From Alphaproteobacteria bacterium (GTDB lineage Bacteria; Pseudomonadota; Alphaproteobacteria; JBMOFM01), in assembly GCA_049318825.1 (NCBI GenBank), contig JBMOFM010000006.1:50013-114012 (forward strand): 64,000 nt of DNA. The letters run 5' to 3'. This document shows positions 19,898 to 28,890 of the stretch, piece after piece (the stretch's first letter is position 1; each line of letters begins with the position of its first letter). The notes beneath the pieces are model-generated. The model saw only the letters and a program-made list of their open reading frames with translations. It had not been told where the DNA came from and did no database searches. The position numbers and the translations under genes are program-made.

Positions 19898-21214
19898 ATG
19901 TGTTACACATTGCCCATGCCTTTATCCAGCCCTTCACCAAACCCTAGCGCGGCCGCTTCTGCGGTTGATTCCCTGCAGCAATATCGCTTGCAACAAGTGG
20001 AACAAGAGTTGCAAGAGCTGAAAGCGCGCGCGCAGGAAAGCCAGAAAGACTGGTTGCAGCGTTTAGAAAATAGCCAGAAAGAGTGGCGCAACGAAATTCA
20101 GGTGGAGCGGGATCAATATAACAAATCCGATGAACACCACCTCAATTTATACGAAAAACACCTCAATACGATTAGCGTTATTTTGGGTTTATTCGCAGGT
20201 GTGGTTGTGCTACTGAACTTTTTAGGGTGGCTGTTCGGGCGAAAATGGGTGAATGATTTTCTTGCTAAAAAAATCAATGAAAGCTTGGATAAAAAAGTAG
20301 ATGAACATATTAAAACATTCATTGACCCTCTTGAAACAAAGTTAAAGCAGAAAATTGTAGATCTTGAAGAACAAGGCCAACAGCTAATAGCTGAGCAAAA
20401 ACAGCAAGGCAAGTATCTACAAGCAACCCAATATTATGTGGATGCTGGCCGAGCGCTTGAAGAAAGAAATTATCTCCAAGCGATTGATTTATATAATGAC
20501 GCCATTGAGCTGAACCCGAAATTTGCTGAAGCCTATAATAATCGTGGGAATGCTAAGGCCGCGCTTGGTAAGCATGAAAAAGCAATCGAGGATTATAATG
20601 AAGCGATTAAGTTGAATGAGAATTATGCTGAGGCCTATAATAACCGTGGGAATGCTCATAGAAATCTTGGTGAGCATGAAGAGGCACTGGCAGATTATAA
20701 TAAGGCGATTGAGCTAAATGAGAATCTTGATATGCCCTATAATAATCGCGGGGTTGCTAAAGCAAGCCTTGGGAACTATGAAAAGGCAATCGAGGATTAT
20801 AATGAAGCGATTAAGTTGAATGAGAATTATGCTGATGCCTATCATAATCGTGGGAATGCTAAGGCCGCGCTTGGTGAGCACGAAGAGGCAATCACGGATT
20901 TTGATAAGGCGATTGAGCAGAACCTCAATGATGCCGAGACCTATAATAATCGTGGAGTTGCTAAAGCAAGACTTGGGAAGTACGAAGAGGCATTGGCGGA
21001 TTTTGATAAGGCAATCAGCTTGAAGCATGATTATGCTGGTGCTCATATTAATAAAGCTCGTATTTTTGCGCAGCAAAATCAGCCAACAAAGGCCTTGGTG
21101 GCCTTAGAACAAGCTATTCTCTATGATAAAGGCTTCAAAAAGCAAGCTAAGGAAGAAGCTGTTTTCAAGGTTTTGCAGGATAATCCAGAGTTTATAAAAT
21201 TAACAAAAGAATAG
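19898..21214 (+). CDS. membrane-anchored coiled-coil plus TPR-repeat protein
   Basis: N-terminal coiled coil and one TM (VILGLFAGVVVLLNFLGWLF), then at least 7 near-identical 34-aa TPR units (AEAYNNRGNAKAALGKHEKAIEDYNEAIKLNENY). The DNA-level repeats create antisense shadow ORFs. Confidence 0.6.
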   Translation: MCYTLPMPLSSPSPNPSAAASAVDSLQQYRLQQVEQELQELKARAQESQKDWLQRLENSQKEWRNEIQVERDQYNKSDEHHLNLYEKHLNTISVILGLFAGVVVLLNFLGWLFGRKWVNDFLAKKINESLDKKVDEHIKTFIDPLETKLKQKIVDLEEQGQQLIAEQKQQGKYLQATQYYVDAGRALEERNYLQAIDLYNDAIELNPKFAEAYNNRGNAKAALGKHEKAIEDYNEAIKLNENYAEAYNNRGNAHRNLGEHEEALADYNKAIELNENLDMPYNNRGVAKASLGNYEKAIEDYNEAIKLNENYADAYHNRGNAKAALGEHEEAITDFDKAIEQNLNDAETYNNRGVAKARLGKYEEALADFDKAISLKHDYAGAHINKARIFAQQNQPTKALVALEQAILYDKGFKKQAKEEAVFKVLQDNPEFIKLTKE

Positions 21215-21299
21215 GGTGGCTAGGGCGCGTTACTCTTAAGGCTTGTGTGCGAACAATTTATTGCCCTTCATTCTTTAGCCTTCAGTCCCTTAGAGCTCT

Positions 21300-21660
21300 C
21301 ATCCCCCCCCCTCACCCCTACCCTCTCCCAGAGGGAGAGGGGAAAATAAGGGCAGTCTCTCTCTCAGAGTGAGAGGGAGAAATAAGCGAGCACTTCTCCC
21401 AGAGGGAGTAAAATACTACCCTCTCCCATAGGGAGAGGGGAAATAAGGGGGTACCCTCTCTCCCAAAATTATAAAAACTGGGAGAGGGCTGATACATTTA
21501 CCCCCTCTCCCTTTGGGAGAGGGCAGGGTGAGGGTGTGCTTTCCCAAAAAAGAGACGGGAAAGGGATAAAAAAGGACGGCACTATCCAATTTATAAAAAA
21601 CGCAATTTTACTTAAACTCCCTCTCCCCCAAATTATAAAAACTGGGAGAGGCTGATGGTT
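21300..21660. repeat. cluster of short palindromic (hairpin-forming) repeats built on CCCTCTCCC-N3-GGGAGAGGG
   Basis: At least six units, at about 21321, 21354, 21393, 21419, 21453, 21501 and 21619. Variants include ccctctcccagagggagagggg and ccctctcccatagggagagggg (both followed by gaaaataaggg), ctctctcagagtgagaggg, and ccccctctccctttgggagaggg. Two larger-loop copies share about 35 bp (tcccaaaattataaaaactgggagagg, at 21463 and 21624). The cluster lies in the 480-bp gap between convergent genes. Confidence 0.7.
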
Positions 21661-21695
21661 GCTTATAAGTGGGCGCACCATAATCCCGCTTTTAT

Positions 21696-22271
21696 TCAAC
21701 TCATGGCGGGGAGGCCAGCCTGCATCACATATAACAGGGTGAACAGGCGGCGGGCGGTATCGATATTAATATCCACCTTGCCTTTTAACCGCTCTTGCAG
21801 CATGGCGGCCCCTTCATTATGCAGGCCACGGCGTCCCATATCCACGGCTTCTATCTGGGTGAGGCTGCAGCCACGGCTTACGGCCGCATAATAGCTATCG
21901 CATACCATGTGATAATCGCGAATAATGCGGCGGAAAGGGCTCAGCGATAAGCCCAATATGCCCAATATTTCCCCTGCCTGATTGGCCAGCGTTAAAATTA
22001 AGCGGTTATCCTTCACGCCCAATGTTAAGGAATAGGGCCCTTCAGGGAAATGATGCGGGGCAAAATAATTATCTTCCAGCAAATCATACACGGCCACCAT
22101 CCGCTCATGCCCCATTTCTGGGGTGGGCGAGGTTTCGCAGCCTTCGTCGAAGTTGAGTTTGATGATTTTCAGATTGGCCGATGGCACGGCAGCACTATCC
22201 TTATTCCCACTTATATTGAGGTTTTTAACAGGCTGCGGGGCAGCAGAAGACGTACAACCATCAGGGCACAT
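21696..22271 (-). CDS. UPF0262-family protein
   Basis: Conserved HERMVAVYDLLEDN, GPYSLTL, PFRRIIRDYHMVCDSYY, IEAVDMGRRGLHNEG and TARRLFTLL. Adjacent to hisG, as in many alphaproteobacteria. Confidence 0.6.
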   Translation of the reverse strand: MCPDGCTSSAAPQPVKNLNISGNKDSAAVPSANLKIIKLNFDEGCETSPTPEMGHERMVAVYDLLEDNYFAPHHFPEGPYSLTLGVKDNRLILTLANQAGEILGILGLSLSPFRRIIRDYHMVCDSYYAAVSRGCSLTQIEAVDMGRRGLHNEGAAMLQERLKGKVDINIDTARRLFTLLYVMQAGLPAMS

Positions 22272-22354
22272 TGTTTAACCATTATTTTCCATTAGCCCAT
22301 CATAGCGCAAATTATTCTTCTTCGCAACTGCAACATAAAACAGTGTCAATAGCG

Positions 22355-23029
22355 TTAGCCACGGATGGAAAGCTGTTGGCATACATCTGTAAACTTTGCA
22401 ACCCAGCCATGCACTTCATGTGAGCGGGTTTTACTGGCCGAGCGGTTAACCACCAACCGTGAAGAAATATCGGCAATAATTTCTACCTCTTCCAGCCCAT
22501 TGGCCTTTAAGGTGGAGCCAGTGGAGACCAAATCCACAATGTAATGGCATAAACCCAGCAAGGGGGCAATTTCCATGGCACCATTCAGTTTAACGCATTC
22601 GGCCTGAATGCCCTTATTGGCAAAAAAATTGGCCGTGAGGTGGGGGTATTTGGTGGCCACGCGCACATGGCTTGCGCCATTACCCACCGCCCCAACCCCT
22701 GAAGGGGCAGCCAAGCTCAGGCGGCAATGGCCGATATTAAGATGCAAGGGGGCGTAAATTTCACTATAATTAAATTCCATCAATACATCCGAGCCACACA
22801 CCCCTATCTGTGCGCCGCCAAAAGCCACAAAAGTGGCCACATCAAAAGAACGCACCCGCACCAAGCGCACATGCGGGTGTTGGGTGGCAAACATTAATTG
22901 GCGGCTATGCTCATCGTAAAAAGCGGGTTCTGCTTCTATGCCCGCCATGCTTAACAGGGGCATTAACTCGCGGGCGATGCGCCCTTTGGGAACGGCAATG
23001 GTTAAGGGAGACAATGCAAAACAACCCAT
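22355..23029 (-). CDS. hisG: ATP phosphoribosyltransferase (short form)
   Basis: LTIAVPKGRI, RLVRVRSFDVATFVAFGGAQIGVCGSDVLMEF; length 224 aa. Confidence 0.85.
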   Translation of the reverse strand: MGCFALSPLTIAVPKGRIARELMPLLSMAGIEAEPAFYDEHSRQLMFATQHPHVRLVRVRSFDVATFVAFGGAQIGVCGSDVLMEFNYSEIYAPLHLNIGHCRLSLAAPSGVGAVGNGASHVRVATKYPHLTANFFANKGIQAECVKLNGAMEIAPLLGLCHYIVDLVSTGSTLKANGLEEVEIIADISSRLVVNRSASKTRSHEVHGWVAKFTDVCQQLSIRG

Positions 23030-23155
23030 GAATATCTATATATTTCACTATACCAACCTCGTGCCAGCTATTCAGCATGGGATTTGCCGCAGATAGAAGA
23101 GATTGCCAGAAACCTCCCATTGCTATAATATTCATAAAAAATATGGAAATAAAAT

Positions 23156-24412
23156 ATGCTAAGCTATCACCAGAATATCTTGCATCTTGATGATGTGCCC
23201 CTGCCCCTTATTGCCGAAAAATTTGGCACGCCATGCTATATTTACAGCCAAAAAAAGCTGCATGAGCAATATCACCTTCTGGCTAATGCCCTAAAGGGGG
23301 TGGATGCCCGCATTTGTTTTGCGGTAAAGGCCAATAGTAATTTAGCCGTGTTGAAAGCCTTGGGTCAATGGGGGGCTGGGGCGGATATTGTTTCAGCGGG
23401 GGAAATGAAGCGGGCACTGGCGGCAGGTATAAAAGCCGAGCATATGGTATATTCTGGCGTGGCTAAAACCACTCAAGAAATGGAATTTGCCCTTGGGCAA
23501 GGCATTGGCCAAATTAATGTGGAAAGCGTGCCAGAAATAGCCGCTTGGTCGGCCGTGGCCAGCCGTTTGAATAAAATTGCCCCTATTGCTATTCGCGTGA
23601 ACCCCGATGTGGATGCCGGCACCCACGCTAAAATTACCACGGGGCTAAAGCATAATAAATTTGGCATTGATTTGGCCATGGCACTGGAAGTTTGCCGTAT
23701 TGCCCAAACGCAGCCCCATGTAAAATTGGTGGGGTTGGCTTGTCATATTGGCTCGCAGCTTACCAGCCTTACGCCATTTCGCCGTGCTTTTAAGCGTTTG
23801 CATAAAGCGGTGTTGATGTTGGCAGAACAGGGCATCACGCTGGAGCGGTTGGATATTGGCGGTGGTTTGGGGGTGGCGTATAACACCGAAACCCCGCCCC
23901 CCGTGGAAGATTACGCTAAGCTTATTCGTGAAGAATTGGGCGATTTGGGGCTGAAATTGGTGTTGGAGCCGGGGCGTTTTCTGGTGGCAGAAGCGGGCAT
24001 ATTGCTCACACAAGTGGTGGTGGTAAAAACATTGCCCGAACGCCGTTTTTTACTGGTGGATGCGGGCATGAATGATTTGGTACGCCCCGCCATGTATGAT
24101 GCGTGGCACAATATTTTGCCCGTGCAGCAGAATAACAACAGCGAAACACTAGATTTTGATGTGGCAGGGCCGGTGTGTGAATCATCGGATGTGTTTGGCT
24201 ATGATCGGCTATTTCCTGCCAATATTGCCACGGGCGCGCTGTTGGCTATTACCCATGCGGGGGCTTATGGCTCGGTGATGTCTTCTTTTTATAATAGCCG
24301 CGCGCTTGTGCCAGAAATATTGGTGCATAATCAACAATTGGCGATGACCAGACAACGTGTTAGCATTGAAGAACAGATGAACTGGGAAACAATACCGGCT
24401 TGGCTCACATAA
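23156..24412 (+). CDS. lysA: diaminopimelate decarboxylase
   Basis: CFAVKANSN PLP-lysine motif, GGGLG, EPGRFLVAEAG, CESSD; 418 aa. Confidence 0.9.
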   Translation: MLSYHQNILHLDDVPLPLIAEKFGTPCYIYSQKKLHEQYHLLANALKGVDARICFAVKANSNLAVLKALGQWGAGADIVSAGEMKRALAAGIKAEHMVYSGVAKTTQEMEFALGQGIGQINVESVPEIAAWSAVASRLNKIAPIAIRVNPDVDAGTHAKITTGLKHNKFGIDLAMALEVCRIAQTQPHVKLVGLACHIGSQLTSLTPFRRAFKRLHKAVLMLAEQGITLERLDIGGGLGVAYNTETPPPVEDYAKLIREELGDLGLKLVLEPGRFLVAEAGILLTQVVVVKTLPERRFLLVDAGMNDLVRPAMYDAWHNILPVQQNNNSETLDFDVAGPVCESSDVFGYDRLFPANIATGALLAITHAGAYGSVMSSFYNSRALVPEILVHNQQLAMTRQRVSIEEQMNWETIPAWLT

Positions 24413-26880
24413 AAACTGTACATAAAGCACCTTTATTTGGTGCATCCCCCCATTCTACCCCCGCCGCTACGCCTTCTATTAGTGGCTGGCGGCTTGGGTT
24501 GGCCTATGTTTTTGTGGCCATAGAACAGATATGGGGCTGTTACTGGCCGCTCACCGCCCTATGGGGGGCATGGTTGGGGCTGGCGTTGGCGGGCATCATT
24601 GCTTTATTGCCCTTCTGGTTGCATGGCTTGTTATTATTGGGTTTGGTGGCTGCCACGGTGTTTTTAGGGTGGCGGGCAAGCCGCCATTTATCATGGCCGA
24701 ATCGTTACCATATCTGGCAACGCATGGAAAAAGCGGGAGCGATTTTGCATCAACCCAGCCTGCAATTAATCGATAAACTGCCCAGCACCATGGCGCACAA
24801 CCCAACCACGCAGGCTTTATGGGCACTGCAACAGCAAAAAAACCGCGTTTTATTGCGGGGGATGCGGGTATTCTGGCCGCGGCCTGTTTTATTGCCCGCC
24901 GATCATTACTGCCTATTACCCATGGCGTTGATGTTGGCTTTGTTGGGTTTAGCGGTGGCACGGGGCAATTGGCAGCCCTTGCAGCAATCTTTCCTGCCCC
25001 AATGGCCCAGCATGGTGGCCATGAATACGCAACATATCAGCGGTTGGGCTGTGCCCCCGCAATATACCGCCTTGCCGCCTATATTGCTGGCAGAAGGGGG
25101 CAGTGCTAGCCCTGTGGCCATCCCCATTGGTAGTGCTATTACCATTACCGCTAATGGGGATGCTGATGGCCTAAAGCTGGTGATAAACCGTGAACATAGC
25201 CCCTTGAAAAAACAGGCAGAAGATAGCTGGAAAGCCGAAGCCAATTTTACGGGCGGCGATTCTATTGCTGTGGCCTCTTATTTTTTTACTAAAAGCCGTT
25301 GGCCAGTGCAAGCTGTTGCCGATGCTCCGCCCCGTATCAGCTTTAAGGAATATCCCACCATTAATCAGCAAAACCGCATTAATATTGCCTTAGATGTGCA
25401 AGATGATTATGGGGTGAAGGATATTATTATCAAAGCCAGATTGGCGGATGTAGAACAAGCCACCAGTGAAATATTATGGTCTTTAACCCTCAGCCCCACC
25501 CTTGCCCAGAAACAGCAATTGCTCACCTTGGATTTAACCAGCCATTATTGGGCGGGCAATCCCGTGATTTTATGGGCGGAGGCCAGTGATGCTGCCGCCC
25601 ACACCGCAAAAACCGATGAGGTGCGCCTCAGCCTACCAGAAAAAACATTCAATAATAAAATTGCCAAATTATTGATTGAAGAGCGCAAAAGGCTGGAAAA
25701 AACGCCCCAAGATTGGCTGAAAACCGTAGAAACCTTGCATAATATTGCCGCCAAACCGCAAGAATTTAATGAAGATAGCAGCATTTATCTGGGCTTGAAG
25801 GTGGCATCGCAAATATTATGGCGCCTTGGCAGTGGTGAGCATTCCAATATTAACCCTGAAAATATTGAGCCCGTACGGCAGATGTTATGGCAAATGGCCT
25901 TGGCTTTAGAAAATAGCAGCGCGGGGGCTAAATTGCAGGCCATGCAGCGGCAATTGGAAGAAATGTTGCAAAGCCAGCAAACCACCCCCAAGCAATTATC
26001 GGAAAGCTTGCAGCGTTTACAGCAAGCCATGGGGGAGCAATTTGCCAAATCGTTACAGGAATTACAGAAAAAAATGGCTAAAGCGGGGTTAAAGCCAGAA
26101 GATTTTGCTAACCAACCCGCCGAAGATATGGGCAATAATTTAAGCCAAACCCTGAAAGATATGCAAAAAATGGCCGAAATGGGGGATAAGCAGGGCATGG
26201 CCGAAAAACTGAATGAATTACAACAGATGATGGAGAATGTACAAAAAACGCCCACGGTTGAAGAGCTGAAAAAAATGGCCGAAATGAATAAATTGGCGCA
26301 AAAACTCAAAGATATTACCCAAAAGCAGCAATCTTTACTGGATAAAACCTACCCTTCTGCCACTAAAGGCCGTTATATGAGTGAGCAGGATGGCCAGCAA
26401 TTGCAGCAATTGGGGCAAGAACAGCAAAATTTGCGCAAAGAGCTGGGCGATGCCATGCAGCAAATGGATGAAGCCGGCGGCGATATTCCTAAAAACTTGC
26501 AAGAAGCCGATAAGCATATGCGTGAATCACGCCAGAATTTACAGCAAGAAGATGCAGGCGCGGCGGTTTTTTCACAAAATTCGGCATTGAAATCATTGCA
26601 AGAGGGGGCAGAAAAATTAGGCCAGCAACAGCGTAAAATGAGCCAAGGCATGTTGGTGCCCATGCCCTTGAATAATGCGGGCAATAATAAAGATAAGGAT
26701 CCATTTGGCCGTAAGGGCGCATCGGGTAAGGATTTGGATGATGAACGGGTAAAAGTGCCAGAAGAAATTGCCCGCGAGCGCGCTCGCGAAATTTTGCAGC
26801 AATTGCGTAACCGTTCTGGCGATCAACATCTATCGCCCATGGAGCGGGAATATTTAGAAGGGTTGATGAAACAGTTTTAG
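24400..26880 (+). CDS. large membrane-anchored, Gln-rich coiled-coil protein (possibly TIGR02302/DUF4175 family)
   Basis: 826 aa. N-terminal TM helices; a long Q/E/K-rich helical C-terminal half. Overlaps the lysA stop, which is the typical alphaproteobacterial lysA neighbour arrangement. The family call is from memory and is weak. Confidence 0.35.
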   Translation: MAHIKTVHKAPLFGASPHSTPAATPSISGWRLGLAYVFVAIEQIWGCYWPLTALWGAWLGLALAGIIALLPFWLHGLLLLGLVAATVFLGWRASRHLSWPNRYHIWQRMEKAGAILHQPSLQLIDKLPSTMAHNPTTQALWALQQQKNRVLLRGMRVFWPRPVLLPADHYCLLPMALMLALLGLAVARGNWQPLQQSFLPQWPSMVAMNTQHISGWAVPPQYTALPPILLAEGGSASPVAIPIGSAITITANGDADGLKLVINREHSPLKKQAEDSWKAEANFTGGDSIAVASYFFTKSRWPVQAVADAPPRISFKEYPTINQQNRINIALDVQDDYGVKDIIIKARLADVEQATSEILWSLTLSPTLAQKQQLLTLDLTSHYWAGNPVILWAEASDAAAHTAKTDEVRLSLPEKTFNNKIAKLLIEERKRLEKTPQDWLKTVETLHNIAAKPQEFNEDSSIYLGLKVASQILWRLGSGEHSNINPENIEPVRQMLWQMALALENSSAGAKLQAMQRQLEEMLQSQQTTPKQLSESLQRLQQAMGEQFAKSLQELQKKMAKAGLKPEDFANQPAEDMGNNLSQTLKDMQKMAEMGDKQGMAEKLNELQQMMENVQKTPTVEELKKMAEMNKLAQKLKDITQKQQSLLDKTYPSATKGRYMSEQDGQQLQQLGQEQQNLRKELGDAMQQMDEAGGDIPKNLQEADKHMRESRQNLQQEDAGAAVFSQNSALKSLQEGAEKLGQQQRKMSQGMLVPMPLNNAGNNKDKDPFGRKGASGKDLDDERVKVPEEIARERAREILQQLRNRSGDQHLSPMEREYLEGLMKQF
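26797..26880 (+). repeat. left copy of an 84-bp direct repeat (the 3' end of the 826-aa gene)
   Basis: cagcaattgcgtaaccgttctggcgatcaacatctatcgcccatggagcgggaatatttagaagggttgatgaaacagttttag recurs at 28003..28086 with 81/84 identity. Confidence 0.85.
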
Positions 26881-26970
26881 GGATATTGGCGGCGCGTGGC
26901 GTTGTTGCTGTGGTGTTTTTGGTGTAAATAAATTATTTATTTTAGGTAAATAATTTTTTACTACCATCGG

Positions 26971-27837
26971 GTGTTATGCGTTATGGCCGAAATTCTGGAT
27001 AAAAATGGGGATGTTATTTTTTCTATGAAGGGTTCCGATCTGGAAGCCGTATCTTACCTGCAAAATAATACAACTATTTCTATGCGTGGTATAGCCTTAG
27101 AAAAATGTAAGGGTAGTTTTTTTGATCAATTGGGGAAACTGCAATCCAGATCTGCTAATGTTTTTTCCAGCACTTCTCATAGACCCAAAGATATGCGGGA
27201 GGGTAGCTTTGTTCAATGCTGGCATGAAAACTATTATCCGATATCAGCCTATGATTTTTCTGGGGCAATTTTTAAGGATTGTTTTATAAAGGTTTCTTCT
27301 TCAAAAGCAGATGGTTTTCACTTATGTAATTTCCGCGCTGCGCAATTTATTAACTGCACCATCACCGGAAATTTTCATTATTGCGATCTTTCAGGGGTAG
27401 ATTTTAGTAACAGTAATACAGCCAGGGTTAAATTTGGTGATAATTGGTATGATGATAATAGTCATTTAGTTAGTTATGGGGTTGCTCTACCCAAAAAAGT
27501 GGAGCGCGTAAAAAAAAGAATAGAGCAAATTTTCAATTGGGATAAAATTATTCAAACACCGCCGCAACATGTTGGCGGTATTACGCCAGCCCTACAACAA
27601 CAGCTGGAAGCTATTATTAATGCTTCGCCTGAGCAGGCACAGCGATTATTACATGAAGCGAGACCGCAAGATATATTGGCTCTGGAATTGGCGGCTGATC
27701 TTTCTACGCTTTACAATAAAGTTGCCTTACCCGCCGATGATTCACTTGAAAATCACCAGCAGCGGCCTGATTTAACCAACCAACAAATTGCTGATATTGT
27801 GCGTATGGTCATGAAAAATCGCGGCCGCCGTCCTTGA
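26971..27837 (+). CDS. hypothetical protein with pentapeptide-repeat-like segments, carried on a roughly 1.1-kb insertion
   Basis: 288 aa. Central CNFRAAQFINCTITGNFHYCDLSGVDFSNSNTARVKFGD resembles pentapeptide-repeat units. Flanked by the 84-bp direct repeats. Confidence 0.45.
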   Translation: MLCVMAEILDKNGDVIFSMKGSDLEAVSYLQNNTTISMRGIALEKCKGSFFDQLGKLQSRSANVFSSTSHRPKDMREGSFVQCWHENYYPISAYDFSGAIFKDCFIKVSSSKADGFHLCNFRAAQFINCTITGNFHYCDLSGVDFSNSNTARVKFGDNWYDDNSHLVSYGVALPKKVERVKKRIEQIFNWDKIIQTPPQHVGGITPALQQQLEAIINASPEQAQRLLHEARPQDILALELAADLSTLYNKVALPADDSLENHQQRPDLTNQQIADIVRMVMKNRGRRP

Positions 27838-27888
27838 ACTGCCTTTTAGCGAAATCATTGCTCAAGCGGAATAAACATTAAAGGCTTG

Positions 27889-27933
27889 TTATAGTAGATG
27901 AACTATAAGGATGCTTAAGTTCATCTACTATAA
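27889..27933 (+). terminator. perfect 16-bp inverted repeat (stem-loop) downstream of the inserted gene
   Basis: ttatagtagatgaact - 13-nt loop - agttcatctactataa, followed by an A/T-rich stretch. It could be a terminator or a recombination site. Confidence 0.5.
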
Positions 27934-28002
27934 AATCTATAATTTACGGCACAAAGAGTGCCGCAGCGGCAGTCGCTGCTGTGATATAGTGGGCAAGATG
28001 GC

Positions 28003-28086
28003 CAGCAATTGCGTAGCCGTTCTGGCGATCAACACCTCTCGCCCATGGAGCGGGAATATTTAGAAGGGTTGATGAAACAGTTTTAG
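28003..28086 (+). repeat. right copy of the 84-bp direct repeat
   Basis: 81/84 identical to 26797..26880, including the TAG stop of the upstream gene. Confidence 0.85.
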
Positions 28087-28114
28087 TTTTTGCCTAGATC
28101 GTAAAGCACTAGAT

Positions 28115-28564
28115 TCATTGAGGCGGCATCATGGGTGGGGGCATCATGGGATCTAATTTCTTGAGATGCTCTGCTAGTTTTTTTCTTTCTTCACCATTCA
28201 AGCCCCTGATAAATACCACTAAATTCTCCATAATTTCATTTTGCAGGTCATCACGCATAGTGTTCATTTGCTTGAATTGTTTGCGAAAACTTTCTTCATC
28301 AAAATCTGTTGCCGTGATAATGGCAAATAATTTTTCTCTCATTTCATCCATCTCGGCTTTAGATGCCTGATGTTTTGCGATAGTGCGCAGCATTGTTTGA
28401 TGAAACATTTCAGCTTTTTCTGGTGGCAGAAAACGCAGTAATTCCTGATGTTGCCGTTCAATGATAAAGGCAGGCATCATCAAAGGATTCAGACCAAATC
28501 TTGCAACATGGCCAATAAAAACTGCCAGCAGCAAACAATTAAGCCCAATAGAAAGCAACAGCAA
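28115..28564 (-). CDS. membrane-anchored periplasmic helical protein, Spy/CpxP/ZraP-like (metal or envelope-stress associated)
   Basis: N-terminal TM, a helical domain, and a C-terminal Pro/Met tail DPMMPPPMMPPQ. Located downstream of the ECF sigma / anti-sigma pair. Confidence 0.4.
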   Translation of the reverse strand: MLLLSIGLNCLLLAVFIGHVARFGLNPLMMPAFIIERQHQELLRFLPPEKAEMFHQTMLRTIAKHQASKAEMDEMREKLFAIITATDFDEESFRKQFKQMNTMRDDLQNEIMENLVVFIRGLNGEERKKLAEHLKKLDPMMPPPMMPPQ

Positions 28565-28581
28565 TATTTTAAGCGATCTAC

Positions 28582-28890
28582 TTATAGCAAGCCTCCATTA
28601 TCATATATCATTGTGGGGAGTGGAGAAATCTGTTGTTTCTGGCTAATGCCAACAATACCAGAAAACCCAATAAGAAAACCAATAATCATCAAAGAAGCCA
28701 TGGTAGGCATAAGATAAGGAATGTTAAATTCACGCAAGAAACCCATGGATTGTAGACTAAAACGGGTTTTTTCCATTTGTTGATGGTGATAGCTGCAAGC
28801 AATAATCCGTGACAGAAAATCTTCTGATGGCGTGAATTTCTTACGTTCAAGTAATATTTTTTCGAGTTCAGCATCGCTTAAATTTTTCAT
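28582..28890 (-). CDS. putative anti-sigma factor (single-pass membrane)
   Basis: 102 aa with a cytoplasmic N-terminus and one TM (YLMPTMASLMIIGFLIGF). Translationally coupled to the ECF sigma gene (ATGA overlap at 28890). Confidence 0.4.
   Translation of the reverse strand: MKNLSDAELEKILLERKKFTPSEDFLSRIIACSYHHQQMEKTRFSLQSMGFLREFNIPYLMPTMASLMIIGFLIGFSGIVGISQKQQISPLPTMIYDNGGLL

Noticed and set aside
20113-21076. Minus-strand ORFs overlapping the TPR gene
   Set aside because: Artefacts of the near-identical 102-bp TPR coding repeats. No independent support.
21300-21660. Possible CRISPR array
   Set aside because: The repeats are palindromic and of variable sequence and spacing, with no uniform spacers and no cas genes nearby. 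They are better explained as REP-like elements.
21469-21891. Small ORFs (76-78 aa) across the palindromic repeat cluster
   Set aside because: They translate the repeat hairpins into low-complexity peptides and overlap the UPF0262 gene. No coding signal.
25785-26829. Several 60-174-aa minus-strand ORFs within the 826-aa gene
   Set aside because: Shadows created by the Q/E/K-rich repetitive coding sequence. Cys/Phe-rich nonsense composition.
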